This document shows positions 51,925-60,959 of a stretch of 64,000 nucleotides of DNA, one piece after another. The notes beneath the pieces were generated by a model. The model saw only the letters and a list, made by a program, of their open reading frames with translations, was not told where the DNA came from and ran no database searches. Made by a program: the position numbers and the translations under genes. The DNA is taken from positions 11,211 through 75,210 of IMG/VR virus record IMGVR_UViG_3300017917_001008. One strand, given 5' to 3'. The first letter of the stretch is position 1, and every line of letters starts with the position of its first letter. Source of the stretch: a virus.

Positions 51925-53001
51925 TTAAAGTTCGTCTCCTATGTCAGCAGATATAGGTCTGCGGGTGTTTCCACCACCGCCACTGTTAGCTGCTGCTGTC
52001 TGATTAAAAGGCACATAGCCGGAGCCACCCTGTGCTGTTTGTGGTGCTACAGTCTCTATCATTCTACCCCTGTTAAATTCTGCATTGAAGAACAGTACAC
52101 TGTCATCATTGCCACCATTACGGGCTTTAAGAATGTGTAGAAAGATCTGGTTCTTGTTAGTGATCCATTTCTTGGGACCGTAGATGTTGATGTTGGCGTT
52201 ATAAGGACGGTTCACTGCTGCTACCATGTCTGAAGATTGCATCAGGGCGTCACCACCAAAGATGTCAGATGATGTAGGAAAGTTTGCCACCTGCCCCGGA
52301 TGGGTACGTGAAGCTTCTTCCATAGTACGGTTCATCTGTGTGATCATCAGAATAATAATAGGCAGTTCATTCTTTAGCTGCATCAGCATCTCTGCTGTGT
52401 TGTAAAGAACATCAAACTTGTCCTTTTCACCGGCACCCTTCTTGATCAACCACGAGTGATCAATAGTGACTACCATGGGCTTGGCACCCATTGCTTCATA
52501 ATAATACCTGATGGCTTTTTCTATGTCTGAAACAACCAAGGGTTTCTTGATCAGCATACGCTGAACACCTTGTTTTTCCAGAGCAATGGTTTCCTGCAGG
52601 TATTTCTGCATTTCTTTATAAGAGAAGTCATCTAGCTGCTTGTAAGAGCTGAGCACCTGGTTGTAATCCAGTGCCACCTCTGCCGCAAACTGACGTGCTG
52701 CATACTGCTTGTCACCCATCTCAAACTGGAACTCCAGGATGGAAAAATCCTGATCCGGATTGTGTATACGTGACTCCCTCAGTATCTGGGAAACTATCAT
52801 GGTCTTACCTGACCCTGGTCTGGCTCCTATCGTTAGCATAGAACCCCATTCCAGACCACCAATACCCGCAAAGTTCAGTCCGGTCCAGGGAGTCTTAAAA
52901 GACTTTATCCTTCCTGTTCTGCGGTCTTCTATATATCGGAGGCCTTCTTGAAGCACCTCGGACATGTTTTTAGCACCAAATGGGTTCTGTTGTGGATTCA
53001 T
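51925..53001 (-). CDS. dnaB: DnaB-like replicative helicase
   Basis: GARPGSGKT, FEM, IDH, QMNR, SD......Q..D, KARNG. Confidence 0.85.
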   Translation of the reverse strand: MNPQQNPFGAKNMSEVLQEGLRYIEDRRTGRIKSFKTPWTGLNFAGIGGLEWGSMLTIGARPGSGKTMIVSQILRESRIHNPDQDFSILEFQFEMGDKQYAARQFAAEVALDYNQVLSSYKQLDDFSYKEMQKYLQETIALEKQGVQRMLIKKPLVVSDIEKAIRYYYEAMGAKPMVVTIDHSWLIKKGAGEKDKFDVLYNTAEMLMQLKNELPIIILMITQMNRTMEEASRTHPGQVANFPTSSDIFGGDALMQSSDMVAAVNRPYNANINIYGPKKWITNKNQIFLHILKARNGGNDDSVLFFNAEFNRGRMIETVAPQTAQGGSGYVPFNQTAAANSGGGGNTRRPISADIGDEL

Positions 53002-53029
53002 CTCGTCTGTAGTTATAGACCTTAGCTAG

Positions 53030-53215
53030 TCATCTAAGTTTCATTTTGCGGGTTGTAAATATATAGAACTTCATAGAGACTACCAAGAAAAGTTCTATAA
53101 TTAGATATTTCCAAAAGGGTAGTTCTACAATAAGCTTATCTATTACTATCCAGTTGAGAACGGTGAACACTGCACTGATTGCTAACCGGTGCAGCAGCTT
53201 TTCTTTTTCACTCAT
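53030..53215 (-). CDS. Small two-TM membrane protein
   Basis: Two hydrophobic stretches, 61 aa. Confidence 0.55.
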   Translation of the reverse strand: MSEKEKLLHRLAISAVFTVLNWIVIDKLIVELPFWKYLIIELFLVVSMKFYIFTTRKMKLR

Positions 53216-53216
53216 G

Positions 53217-53810
53217 TTATTGTGTTATAAATACTTCCCGGTGTATGATATCCGGATCCTCTTTTAGGAGCTGGCAGTAATCCGCCAGGACAGACTTAGT
53301 CACCTTGGTACGTGGATCCGTCTTCTGTATGAAGTAGGAGCTGGTAGCCATAAACTTAAAGTTGTCCTTGCTCTTAAGGAACTTGTAGTAGTTGGTAGCT
53401 TCGTGTATCAGCGGCCAGTCAAAGTCAGGATAGGCTTTAAAGAACCATACAAACTTATGCTTGAGTTCTTCTATGCTTTGCCTGGCTATTTCTCCATGCG
53501 GCAGAAAGCCAGCAGGGAATATTTCTCTATAGATCCTGATGTTATCAAGAAACCCATCACCTAAAACATCTGTAGTCACTTTCTTCTTAGTCTTAACCAG
53601 GTAGGTTTCAAACTCTTCCAGGACTACTATAGCCTCCGGAGTGAGAATACCATTTTCATCAATCAATCCACGGGCCTGAGCTATAGCTTTTTCCCCTTCT
53701 GCATTGATGATGTTTGTAGGTTTAATCCTGTTACGGCAACAATCAAGGAAGTACAGCTGGTTGGGGCTGATATTCCACTTGATTAAGTTGATCCAGATTT
53801 GATGACTCAT
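53217..53810 (-). CDS. Putative replication initiator / helicase-loader partner
   Basis: Between the DnaA-CTD gene and dnaB; function inferred from position only. Confidence 0.4.
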   Translation of the reverse strand: MSHQIWINLIKWNISPNQLYFLDCCRNRIKPTNIINAEGEKAIAQARGLIDENGILTPEAIVVLEEFETYLVKTKKKVTTDVLGDGFLDNIRIYREIFPAGFLPHGEIARQSIEELKHKFVWFFKAYPDFDWPLIHEATNYYKFLKSKDNFKFMATSSYFIQKTDPRTKVTKSVLADYCQLLKEDPDIIHREVFITQ

Positions 53811-54246
53811 GTTTGGTTTTTATATAGTGAAGGATTTGGCTGTACTTCTGCTTAAAGGCAGTGTCAGTTTCTACAAGGTTTTTAAACTGTTCAATGTTGT
53901 GTATAACGGTGGTATGATCTCTTCCACCCATGAATTTCCCTATGGAAACCAGGGTGTATTTCATAGACCGGGCTATATAAGAGAAGATCATTCTCAACTC
54001 TACCAGTTCTCTCTTACGGCACTTACCAAACATTTTAGGTTTAAACCCACGTTCATTAGCCGGGACAAAGTGTTCCAGGTGGTAGGCTAGCTCCGTTAAA
54101 GAAATAAGCTGCATAGAGTGGTCTTCGTCAATGTGCACCTTGGTGATCACTACGGGTTCATACCCCATTTTCTCCAGGAACTTTTCTTTAAACTCTTCTA
54201 TCAGCTTTCTTTCCAGGTTGGCTGCATAGGTTTCCAATGATGTCAT
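53743..54246 (-). CDS. DnaA C-terminal HTH domain protein
   Basis: RKRELV..R....Y......TL..IG..MGGRDHTTVIH signature; no AAA+ domain. Confidence 0.8.
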   Translation of the reverse strand: MTSLETYAANLERKLIEEFKEKFLEKMGYEPVVITKVHIDEDHSMQLISLTELAYHLEHFVPANERGFKPKMFGKCRKRELVELRMIFSYIARSMKYTLVSIGKFMGGRDHTTVIHNIEQFKNLVETDTAFKQKYSQILHYIKTKHESSNLDQLNQVEYQPQPAVLP

Positions 54247-54360
54247 ACTCTCTAAGTTTTCAGTCTACAAAATTAGTTAAAGTCTACAATATTTTGTATA
54301 TTATATTGTAGAGTGTATTAAAGATCTACACTCCAATTATTTATCTATAATTAATTTGCC
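54247..54360. promoter_or_regulatory. Divergent control region (possible origin)
   Basis: AT-rich; TAATTTTG on minus strand at 54268-54275; four TCTACA/TGTAGA boxes; late-like motif on plus strand. Confidence 0.6.
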
Positions 54361-54615
54361 ATGGCTAAGAAGTTTTACGCACAGAAAGATGCTTTGGGTT
54401 TTCCTATACCAGGTACTATGATGAGTGCCTCTAAGGTGCCTTCAGTTTCTGTAGAAATCCCTGCTACTACACATGCAGGAGCTGCTCAATCACACCCAGG
54501 GGGTCTCCGCTACTTTGTTCGTAAAGACAAGAAAGGAAACATTATTCCTAACAGTTTGATTATCAGCTTAAAACAACCACAAGGAGACGTAATAGAATTC
54601 AAATTACCTGCGTAA
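54361..54615 (+). CDS. Small protein with two internal repeats
   Basis: KFYAQKDALGFPIPGTMM vs RYFVRKDKKGNIIPNSLI. Confidence 0.6.
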   Translation: MAKKFYAQKDALGFPIPGTMMSASKVPSVSVEIPATTHAGAAQSHPGGLRYFVRKDKKGNIIPNSLIISLKQPQGDVIEFKLPA

Positions 54616-54628
54616 ATCTTTTGTGACC

Positions 54629-54967
54629 ATGACTAACTCTACTGTGGATAAGATAAAGCTGTGGGTGTTTGCCCCGTTGACAGCTGCCCTAGTATGGTTT
54701 ATAGCAGATACTCTTCAGAGCATCAGAAAAGACCTGGAGATGGTAAAAGCAGACGTAAAGGTGCTGCTGACCCAGTCCAGTTCAGACAAGATCAGGATTG
54801 ACAACCTGCAAAAGGAAGTGGACTTTCTAAGAGAAAGGATGCTTAATCAGAACGTGCCGCCTAGTAAGCCTACAGACGCTCCGTCTTTTACTAAGGTGGT
54901 GGCTATACGTCCTGAAGATCAAAAATCCGTCATTCGTAAACAATCACCCTATAAATCTGCCGTATGA
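54629..54967 (+). CDS. TM plus coiled-coil lysis protein (holin- or i-spanin-like)
   Basis: N-terminal TM then heptad repeats; in lysis cassette; alternative GTG at 54623. Confidence 0.5.
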   Translation: MTNSTVDKIKLWVFAPLTAALVWFIADTLQSIRKDLEMVKADVKVLLTQSSSDKIRIDNLQKEVDFLRERMLNQNVPPSKPTDAPSFTKVVAIRPEDQKSVIRKQSPYKSAV

Positions 54968-55353
54968 AACTTTGTAATGTTTACAAATCTGTTAAGACTA
55001 CAATTATTGGTGTCGTTATTTCCGTAGCTGCCGTAGCCAGTGTATTTCTTGCCGAGGGTATGACCTGGTGGGATGCTTCCATTGGTGTAGCTATTGGCCT
55101 AGCTCTCATTTTCTCTCCTGACACACTGATCAGCCGTTTATCCAACCTATTTAGTAAAAACAAAACTGCTCCAGATGCAATTGAAGAGCCTGCAGAAAAA
55201 CCTGCCGTACCTGATTATCCTGATTTTGTTGATCCTATTGAGTTTCCAGAGGTGTCAAAAACCCGCAGACAGTCAGCCCCAAAAGCCACAAATAAAGGTG
55301 GAAAGGGACACAGTGGTAGTGGTAAAAAAGGACACAATAAAAAGCAAGCCTAA
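54964..55353 (+). CDS. Two-TM holin candidate
   Basis: KTTIIG motif, two TM helices, charged tail. Confidence 0.6.
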   Translation: MKLCNVYKSVKTTIIGVVISVAAVASVFLAEGMTWWDASIGVAIGLALIFSPDTLISRLSNLFSKNKTAPDAIEEPAEKPAVPDYPDFVDPIEFPEVSKTRRQSAPKATNKGGKGHSGSGKKGHNKKQA

Positions 55354-55789
55354 GCTTATTCGTTCTGAACCGGATACATTGTTTTTATCCGACAGTGTTA
55401 TGTTTATTCCGCCAGAACTGTTAGCTCAGCTCCGGGATTATCACACTAAAAAGATATACACTGATTCTATAGCCCTGGATAGCCTGGGCTATGTCCGTAT
55501 TACAGACACTGTGTATAAGAATAAACTAGAAGGACATGATGTACAGTATTCCGTGTCTATTCCTAAAGTTACAGAGACCATCACTATAACAAACCCGGCC
55601 AAACCAGTTCGTCAGATATACATTGGCGGTACGCTGTTGGGTAATCAGACCATGCCGCTCAGAGGTGCCACTGCTAACATTCTGTACAAAGATCGTAAAG
55701 ACCGTGTATTTGGTGTCAGTGCTGGTATAAATGAGGGTCATATCATATACGGTGTATCATCCTACTGGAAGATCTCCTTTAGAAAATAA
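55175..55789 (+). CDS. Spanin-like envelope protein
   Basis: N-terminal hydrophobic anchor ending in FQRC, DT-rich stalk, amphipathic C-terminal beta strands; directly before the endolysin. Confidence 0.55.
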   Translation: MQLKSLQKNLPYLIILILLILLSFQRCQKPADSQPQKPQIKVERDTVVVVKKDTIKSKPKLIRSEPDTLFLSDSVMFIPPELLAQLRDYHTKKIYTDSIALDSLGYVRITDTVYKNKLEGHDVQYSVSIPKVTETITITNPAKPVRQIYIGGTLLGNQTMPLRGATANILYKDRKDRVFGVSAGINEGHIIYGVSSYWKISFRK

Positions 55790-55806
55790 ACTAACAATCC
55801 ATTCCT

Positions 55807-56334
55807 ATGAAACTATCTAGAGCCTATCAATGGCTTGCCCAGGAAGACGGGCCCCGTCACCTGTTAAAAGCAGTAGAACTTTTTGGTGTAGCGGAAACAG
55901 TTGGTTCTAAACACAACCCTGTCATTATGGGTTGGGCTAAAGAGCTGGGACTTGAGAAAGTCTATACAGCAGATGAGATACCTTGGTGTGGGTTATTCAC
56001 TGCTGTCTGCATACACCGTGCTGGACGTCCAGTGGTGGATAAGCCTTTATGGGCGTTATCCTGGTCCAATTGGGGCGTTAAAGTGGATAAGCCTATGTTA
56101 GGAGACATCCTCACATTTAAACGTAACGGAGGCGGCCACGTTGGCTTCTACGTTGGAGAGGATAGTTCAGCATACCATGTACTAGGAGGTAACCAGGGTA
56201 ACCAGGTATCTGTAGTTAGAATAGCTAAGTCTCGTTTGCATGCTGCCCGCAGACCTCAGTATAATTCTCAACCTAAAAATATCCGTGTCGTTGCCCTGGC
56301 TGGTAACGGTGCATTATCCACTAATGAAGCTTAA
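55807..56334 (+). CDS. Endolysin, TIGR02594-type NlpC/P60-CHAP peptidase
   Basis: DEIPWCG, ALSW..WG, GGGHVGF, LGGNQ. Confidence 0.85.
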   Translation: MKLSRAYQWLAQEDGPRHLLKAVELFGVAETVGSKHNPVIMGWAKELGLEKVYTADEIPWCGLFTAVCIHRAGRPVVDKPLWALSWSNWGVKVDKPMLGDILTFKRNGGGHVGFYVGEDSSAYHVLGGNQGNQVSVVRIAKSRLHAARRPQYNSQPKNIRVVALAGNGALSTNEA

Positions 56335-56339
56335 TCATC

Positions 56340-56465
56340 ATGGCTAAAGTAAAATCAGCTGATGCACGCAAAGTAACATTTGGTAAACGTAAGAAAGGCA
56401 AAGCTGCCAAGTCTCGTGGACCAAAACAGAAAGCTGTCTCTAAGTATAGAGGACAGGGTCGTTAA
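56340..56465 (+). CDS. 41-aa highly basic peptide (not in ORF track)
   Basis: MAKVKSADARKVTFGKRKKGKAAKSRGPKQKAVSKYRGQGR. Confidence 0.65.
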   Translation: MAKVKSADARKVTFGKRKKGKAAKSRGPKQKAVSKYRGQGR

Positions 56466-56487
56466 TTCAACTAAACCCCTATGGAAA

Positions 56488-56703
56488 GTGACCGTGAAAA
56501 AACTACACAACTTAAAAGATCTGTCTCTTATGCTGGCAATGTTTTTTCTGCCGCTGGGATACGACGTTCTATTAGCATGGCTTATGGAGATTACCGGAGG
56601 CTATTGGCCTGCAGTCCGGATCTTCTATTGTATATCCGGATTATTCTGGCTAGCTTATTTCTGCCTTGGTAAGGTGATCAGAAAATTAGAAAAAGGGGAG
56701 TAG
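56488..56703 (+). CDS. Two-TM membrane protein
   Basis: Likely GTG start after the basic peptide; two hydrophobic helices; start uncertain. Confidence 0.45.
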   Translation: MTVKKLHNLKDLSLMLAMFFLPLGYDVLLAWLMEITGGYWPAVRIFYCISGLFWLAYFCLGKVIRKLEKGE

Positions 56704-56718
56704 ATGCTCCCCTTTTTT
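56690..56718. terminator. Bidirectional intrinsic terminator
   Basis: aaaaaggggag-tagatg-ctcccctttttt between convergent genes. Confidence 0.85.
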
Positions 56719-56980
56719 AATGCTTGTGTAGTTCTAACTTCACTTTTCCTCCGGCTATTGTGATAACCGGGCTTTCTAACATTCTTAAGATGTCTTGTAA
56801 AGACTCTCTCACTCTCATTCCGCTTTCACGGTTGGTATATTGTATCTGAGTATAACCATCTTCAGTGTGCATAGTACTGATTTGGTCATGTCTTATATAG
56901 ACTTTTACATCATTATCATCTTTAGTGATGGCTGTCAGCAGTAAATAAGCTTGTTTCATTGGATTTAGTTTAGTACCCAT
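56717..56980 (-). CDS. Hypothetical protein
   Basis: 87 aa; start may be ATG 56959. Confidence 0.5.
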   Translation of the reverse strand: MGTKLNPMKQAYLLLTAITKDDNDVKVYIRHDQISTMHTEDGYTQIQYTNRESGMRVRESLQDILRMLESPVITIAGGKVKLELHKH

Positions 56981-57177
56981 TTAAGGAGCGTGATCTTATC
57001 TTGAACCTCTTCTCTGAGATTGAAGTAGTAATCCATCTCAGATGTATTGGCCAGAGGACCAAACGTAGCCAGGTTCCTCTGGTATTTTTCTACCTTCTCA
57101 TTATAGATGGCAGTAAAGTTGGCATATTCATGCTCCAGGATAGCCAGCTCTCTTTGAATTTCTAACTCAGTTCTCAT
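56965..57177 (-). CDS. Hypothetical coiled-coil protein
   Basis: MRTE.EI...I..LKWVL pattern. Confidence 0.55.
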   Translation of the reverse strand: MRTELEIQRELAILEHEYANFTAIYNEKVEKYQRNLATFGPLANTSEMDYYFNLREEVQDKITLLKWVLN

Positions 57178-57187
57178 AGTTTGTAAT

Positions 57188-57215
57188 AAAAAAAGGGAGC
57201 TTGTCAGGCTCCCTT
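57188..57215 (-). terminator. Intrinsic terminator
   Basis: aagggagc/gctccctt stem then T7 on minus strand. Confidence 0.75.
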
Positions 57216-57218
57216 GTG

Positions 57219-57536
57219 TTATTTAATCCGCCAGACTCGTCTATTACCATCCACCTGCATCCTGGTAGTAAGTGTAAATCCTGGTTTCATTTTAGCATAC
57301 TGTTTAGCAGCATAGTGTAATGTATTAGGATTTTTACATATAGGATCAGATTTTGGTATCAGGAAACTGTCACCAGGTTTCATTAGATCAAATGGAAATT
57401 TGTTGACCATACTGTGATTTCTTACACCGTGTATTGCAACATTGTGTTCCACTGTGTAGGCAAATGTTTTAGTCTTGTCAACAACAGGTGTGTCTTTAGT
57501 ACGTGTAGTAGGTTTTTTCTTAACGATTGTTTTCAT
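57219..57536 (-). CDS. Small basic putative DNA-binding phage protein
   Basis: FPF..MKPGDSF.IP...RVWRI motif. Confidence 0.6.
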   Translation of the reverse strand: MKTIVKKKPTTRTKDTPVVDKTKTFAYTVEHNVAIHGVRNHSMVNKFPFDLMKPGDSFLIPKSDPICKNPNTLHYAAKQYAKMKPGFTLTTRMQVDGNRRVWRIK

Positions 57537-57622
57537 ATTTATATATTTCTACAAAAGTTGTGAATTCCACTACACTCAACAAACTTGGATTTTAGCAGCG
57601 TTACCTAGTTACTAATCAGTTA

Positions 57623-59137
57623 CTAGTGTATTGCACGTCCAGTTAAGTCTACGTTTTTAACAGATTTTCCGTCAAATACTATACACTGGTTGTGTTCCAT
57701 ATATCGTTGATCAAACCCGTTGAATCTTGCTCCTTCTACACCTATAAAGAAGGCTTTGTCTGAGTAACGGTGGCAGCTGTCTTCTGCATCAGTGATAACA
57801 AGGGCATTGTTACCTACGTGTTCTATCATATTAACAGCATTGTCAATCGTAGTACCACCACCACAGTCTATCATGGCAATAGATATCAGATCATTACGGT
57901 GCTTCTTTACACGGGTGTCAAACAGGTATACATCATTAAGCATGTCCATCTGTTTGAGCTTAGCAATCATAGACTTAGCAAAGTCCATCTTGCTAATCTG
58001 ATCACCCTGGGTGTTTCTAACACCACAGCTGGAAGACATGGATCCTGATATATCTACATAGACATCTATCTTACCCACATACTTGTGTTCTTTGATCATG
58101 ATGTCTTCTATGAAAAGCTTTCTCAGCTTTGGATGCAGCAGTTCATAGTCATCTAACCCGGATACATCCTGGGAATTTAGGAAGTCATCATAGATCACCT
58201 CTTTACGGGCAGAGAAATAGGCAGCACTCTTATCAAGGAGCTTCTGTAGTTTCTCTTTCAGTGAGCCCAGGGAAATCTTGATGTTTTCCAGTCTTGCTGC
58301 TATCTGACGGAAATACTCCGGAGAGAAGTTACCAGCCTGACCATTGCTTGATCCTCTATTAGCTTCTTCAAACATCTTTTCCTGTACATCCTGGTCAAGG
58401 TTTTCATCCACCATTTTACAGGTGTCTTGTGCATCCTGCATAGCTTTTTCCAGCATGTTCTTACTCAGCTGATTGTTCATCATCTGATCCATAGCTTTAT
58501 CTACGTCATCATTATTGAACTCTGAGTCAGGACCACCTTCCAGGCCGTTCTGCATTTGCTGATGTGCATCCGGATCTACATATTCCATCATGGTCATCTG
58601 CATCATGTAATAGAGCATCATCTGCTTGGTGAAGATGGCACTCTTCAGGTTGGATCCTTCAGACATGATCTTACCAACAGGGTTGTTTGCTTTCTCCAGG
58701 AACTTATACCTTGTACGGTTAGCATCCGTACGGTCTTCAAACTCCAGCTTATCAATCTTATGGTAGTACATCTTGTGGATGTCATACTTCAGATGCTTAG
58801 GAAACTTTTCATAGTTCTCTATAAGCTTTTGGTGGAATGCCTGGATGTTTGGTTTCTTATCCTCATCCAGCTTACCATAAGCTGCACTGCGGGCAAACCT
58901 GTCATAGTATTCCTTTACAGCCTGTGTGCTTTTAATATCCTTTTCTACTATGCTGGCAATCTTGCTCTCATCTATATAGTGTACGTACGGCTTGATAAGG
59001 TCGGCCTTCTTATAGAAGTTTAGTTTACCGAACAGCCCGTCCTTGTCTTTATAGTAGTTTTCAGATGATATCTCACCCTTCTTTACTTTTTCAAGAATCG
59101 TATATACGTTCTTGTATTGTTTGCTTTTATTAGCCAT
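57623..59137 (-). CDS. VWA (MIDAS) domain protein, ViaA-like
   Basis: YVDISGSMS, GGGTT, VITDAED. Confidence 0.85.
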   Translation of the reverse strand: MANKSKQYKNVYTILEKVKKGEISSENYYKDKDGLFGKLNFYKKADLIKPYVHYIDESKIASIVEKDIKSTQAVKEYYDRFARSAAYGKLDEDKKPNIQAFHQKLIENYEKFPKHLKYDIHKMYYHKIDKLEFEDRTDANRTRYKFLEKANNPVGKIMSEGSNLKSAIFTKQMMLYYMMQMTMMEYVDPDAHQQMQNGLEGGPDSEFNNDDVDKAMDQMMNNQLSKNMLEKAMQDAQDTCKMVDENLDQDVQEKMFEEANRGSSNGQAGNFSPEYFRQIAARLENIKISLGSLKEKLQKLLDKSAAYFSARKEVIYDDFLNSQDVSGLDDYELLHPKLRKLFIEDIMIKEHKYVGKIDVYVDISGSMSSSCGVRNTQGDQISKMDFAKSMIAKLKQMDMLNDVYLFDTRVKKHRNDLISIAMIDCGGGTTIDNAVNMIEHVGNNALVITDAEDSCHRYSDKAFFIGVEGARFNGFDQRYMEHNQCIVFDGKSVKNVDLTGRAIH

Positions 59138-59154
59138 GTCAAAATTTGTTTAGC

Positions 59155-59221
59155 AGATCATATAGTTCCTGTAAGGACCCCGGCTTGTACACCGGGGTTC
59201 CCTCAGGAGTATAATGATCTG
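59155..59221 (-). other. Long imperfect RNA hairpin between moxR and VWA genes
   Basis: Nested pairings cagatcat/atgatctg, tcctg/cagga, accccgg/ccggggt. Confidence 0.7.
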
Positions 59222-59224
59222 GTC

Positions 59225-60601
59225 TTAGAAAGGGCTTGAAGAAACTGTAGCTTCTGCTTCTTCCATCATGTTATCAAACTCCTCTGCAGACTGGTAGTCT
59301 TTACGGGCAGGGTGTGTGCTCATGATGTACTGCATAGAGATCTCAATCTCTTCCACCTGTCCTTCGTCCATGATACCACGGGAAGTGTAGGTGTTGATCA
59401 GACTTTCAATCTCAGCCACAGCCAGTTCCAATTGTTCATTGGTAGTGTAGCTGTGAAGCATTTCCACCTTAGACATTACAGCCTTAACCTCTGGAGACAT
59501 CAGCTTGTTCTGAAGCTCAGAACCTGCTGTCTGGGAGATCATGATCTGGGCAGTCTTTACAAGGGCTTTATCTATTGAGATGTCCCAGATGTAACTCACT
59601 GCTTTAGTGAGCGTAGGTACGAATGTTAACGTACGGTCAGAACTGTGCTGGTAACCCACCTCAAGATATTTCTCCAGTTTGTTAGCTGGCACTTCTAAAG
59701 TCTGCATTTCTGCTTTATTAGGAACAGAAATCTTGAATGTCTCTTTGTAATCACGTGCACCCTTGTTGTAATATTTCACCAACTCACCTGCAGATACACG
59801 GTTTACAGTGTGCTTCAGCATGAAACGGTCCCAGAAAGGTGAACCCACCTCTTCTTTAGGAATCTCATTACATGTAGCTACAAACAGCTTCCACTTACAT
59901 GGGATCTTGTGCTTACCGTTGAACAAGAACTTCTCGTTCATTACACCCAACATGGCGTTACGGATAGCAGAGCTAGCCTTATCCACCTCGTTGATAATTA
60001 CAATCTCAGCTTCTGCAATAGGTGCAGCAAGCTCGTATTTATTCTCAGTGAAGAGCTTACCTAAATCTGGCATACCCTTAATTTCTGAGGCTTTAGTTCC
60101 TTCGTCAGTCTCCAGGATGTAGATCTTGTTGGCAAAGTCTTGGGCAGTCATTTTACCGTCTCTGTTTAACCACGCTTTTGCGTATTCTATAACAGTTTTA
60201 GTTTTAGCTACACCAGGTTGACCCACCAATAATAACGGTAAGCCTGTTGACTCTGCCAGAGCCATCATTTTAAATACTTCCTCCTTATTGATCAAAGAGG
60301 TTTCAATAGTACGTACTTCCTGGGCCTTCTTAGAAATGGATTTTACTCTTGTCTGTGACATGTTGTTTAAATTAATCTGTGTTTGACTTGCCGACTGTGC
60401 GGGTGCTACTATATTTGGTTGTGGTTGATTATATAACTGGGCTTTTGTTACCCATTGGGTATATTTTACCCAGCGTTGTACGCCATTACTGTTAGCTTGT
60501 ACTTCCCACCAACCACCATCATTGCCTCGTCTGATAGTACCAACAGGAAATGCTGTGGCACTATCAGAGGGAGAGGGTCTGTTTGCTCTATTGTTACTCA
60601 T
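59225..60601 (-). CDS. MoxR/RavA-like AAA+ ATPase
   Basis: GQPGVAKT, IINEVDKA, MNEK, CNE, FWDRF; likely start ATG 60601 (alternative 60361). Confidence 0.85.
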   Translation of the reverse strand: MSNNRANRPSPSDSATAFPVGTIRRGNDGGWWEVQANSNGVQRWVKYTQWVTKAQLYNQPQPNIVAPAQSASQTQINLNNMSQTRVKSISKKAQEVRTIETSLINKEEVFKMMALAESTGLPLLLVGQPGVAKTKTVIEYAKAWLNRDGKMTAQDFANKIYILETDEGTKASEIKGMPDLGKLFTENKYELAAPIAEAEIVIINEVDKASSAIRNAMLGVMNEKFLFNGKHKIPCKWKLFVATCNEIPKEEVGSPFWDRFMLKHTVNRVSAGELVKYYNKGARDYKETFKISVPNKAEMQTLEVPANKLEKYLEVGYQHSSDRTLTFVPTLTKAVSYIWDISIDKALVKTAQIMISQTAGSELQNKLMSPEVKAVMSKVEMLHSYTTNEQLELAVAEIESLINTYTSRGIMDEGQVEEIEISMQYIMSTHPARKDYQSAEEFDNMMEEAEATVSSSPF

Positions 60602-60602
60602 G

Positions 60603-60959
60603 TTAGAGGCTTGCAAAGGCTGAGAAGGAATCTGTATCCACTGCTGCAAGCTCGTCACCCACATGTAGAGTTCCCCCATCCATAGGACTTTCTGCCCCGG
60701 TAACGGTGGGTTCTTTGGTTTCGGTGGTAGGTGTTGCTGCTGCATCTTTAGTGTCATCTACGATTACAAATATTCTTGCTGTAGTTTCCAGATCTTTAAG
60801 AAGTGGATGTTTACGAATAGCTGCAATTTGTACATCAGACGCCTGATACTTTTCCTGGATGGATCCGAAACCCAGATCGTCCTTCTTAAGCCATGTGTAG
60901 CCACCATCTAATAACTCTTTGATAGCTGTTACACCCAGCTGTACTTTTTCAACTGCCAT
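60603..60959 (-). CDS. Hypothetical protein
   Basis: 118 aa with acidic low-complexity tail. Confidence 0.55.
   Translation of the reverse strand: MAVEKVQLGVTAIKELLDGGYTWLKKDDLGFGSIQEKYQASDVQIAAIRKHPLLKDLETTARIFVIVDDTKDAAATPTTETKEPTVTGAESPMDGGTLHVGDELAAVDTDSFSAFASL

Noticed and set aside
54623-54631. Holin/antiholin dual start (GTG-ACC-ATG)
   Set aside because: No charged residue between the starts and no supporting structure; too weak to call
56380-56487. Long start of the 107-aa ORF
   Set aside because: Region is better explained by the basic peptide gene 56340-56465 in another frame
59161-59215. Hammerhead or other ribozyme in the hairpin
   Set aside because: No CUGANGA/GAAA core on either strand
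60602-60757. N-terminal extension of the 510-aa MoxR ORF
   Set aside because: Overlaps the 60603-60959 gene; ATG 60601 directly follows its stop
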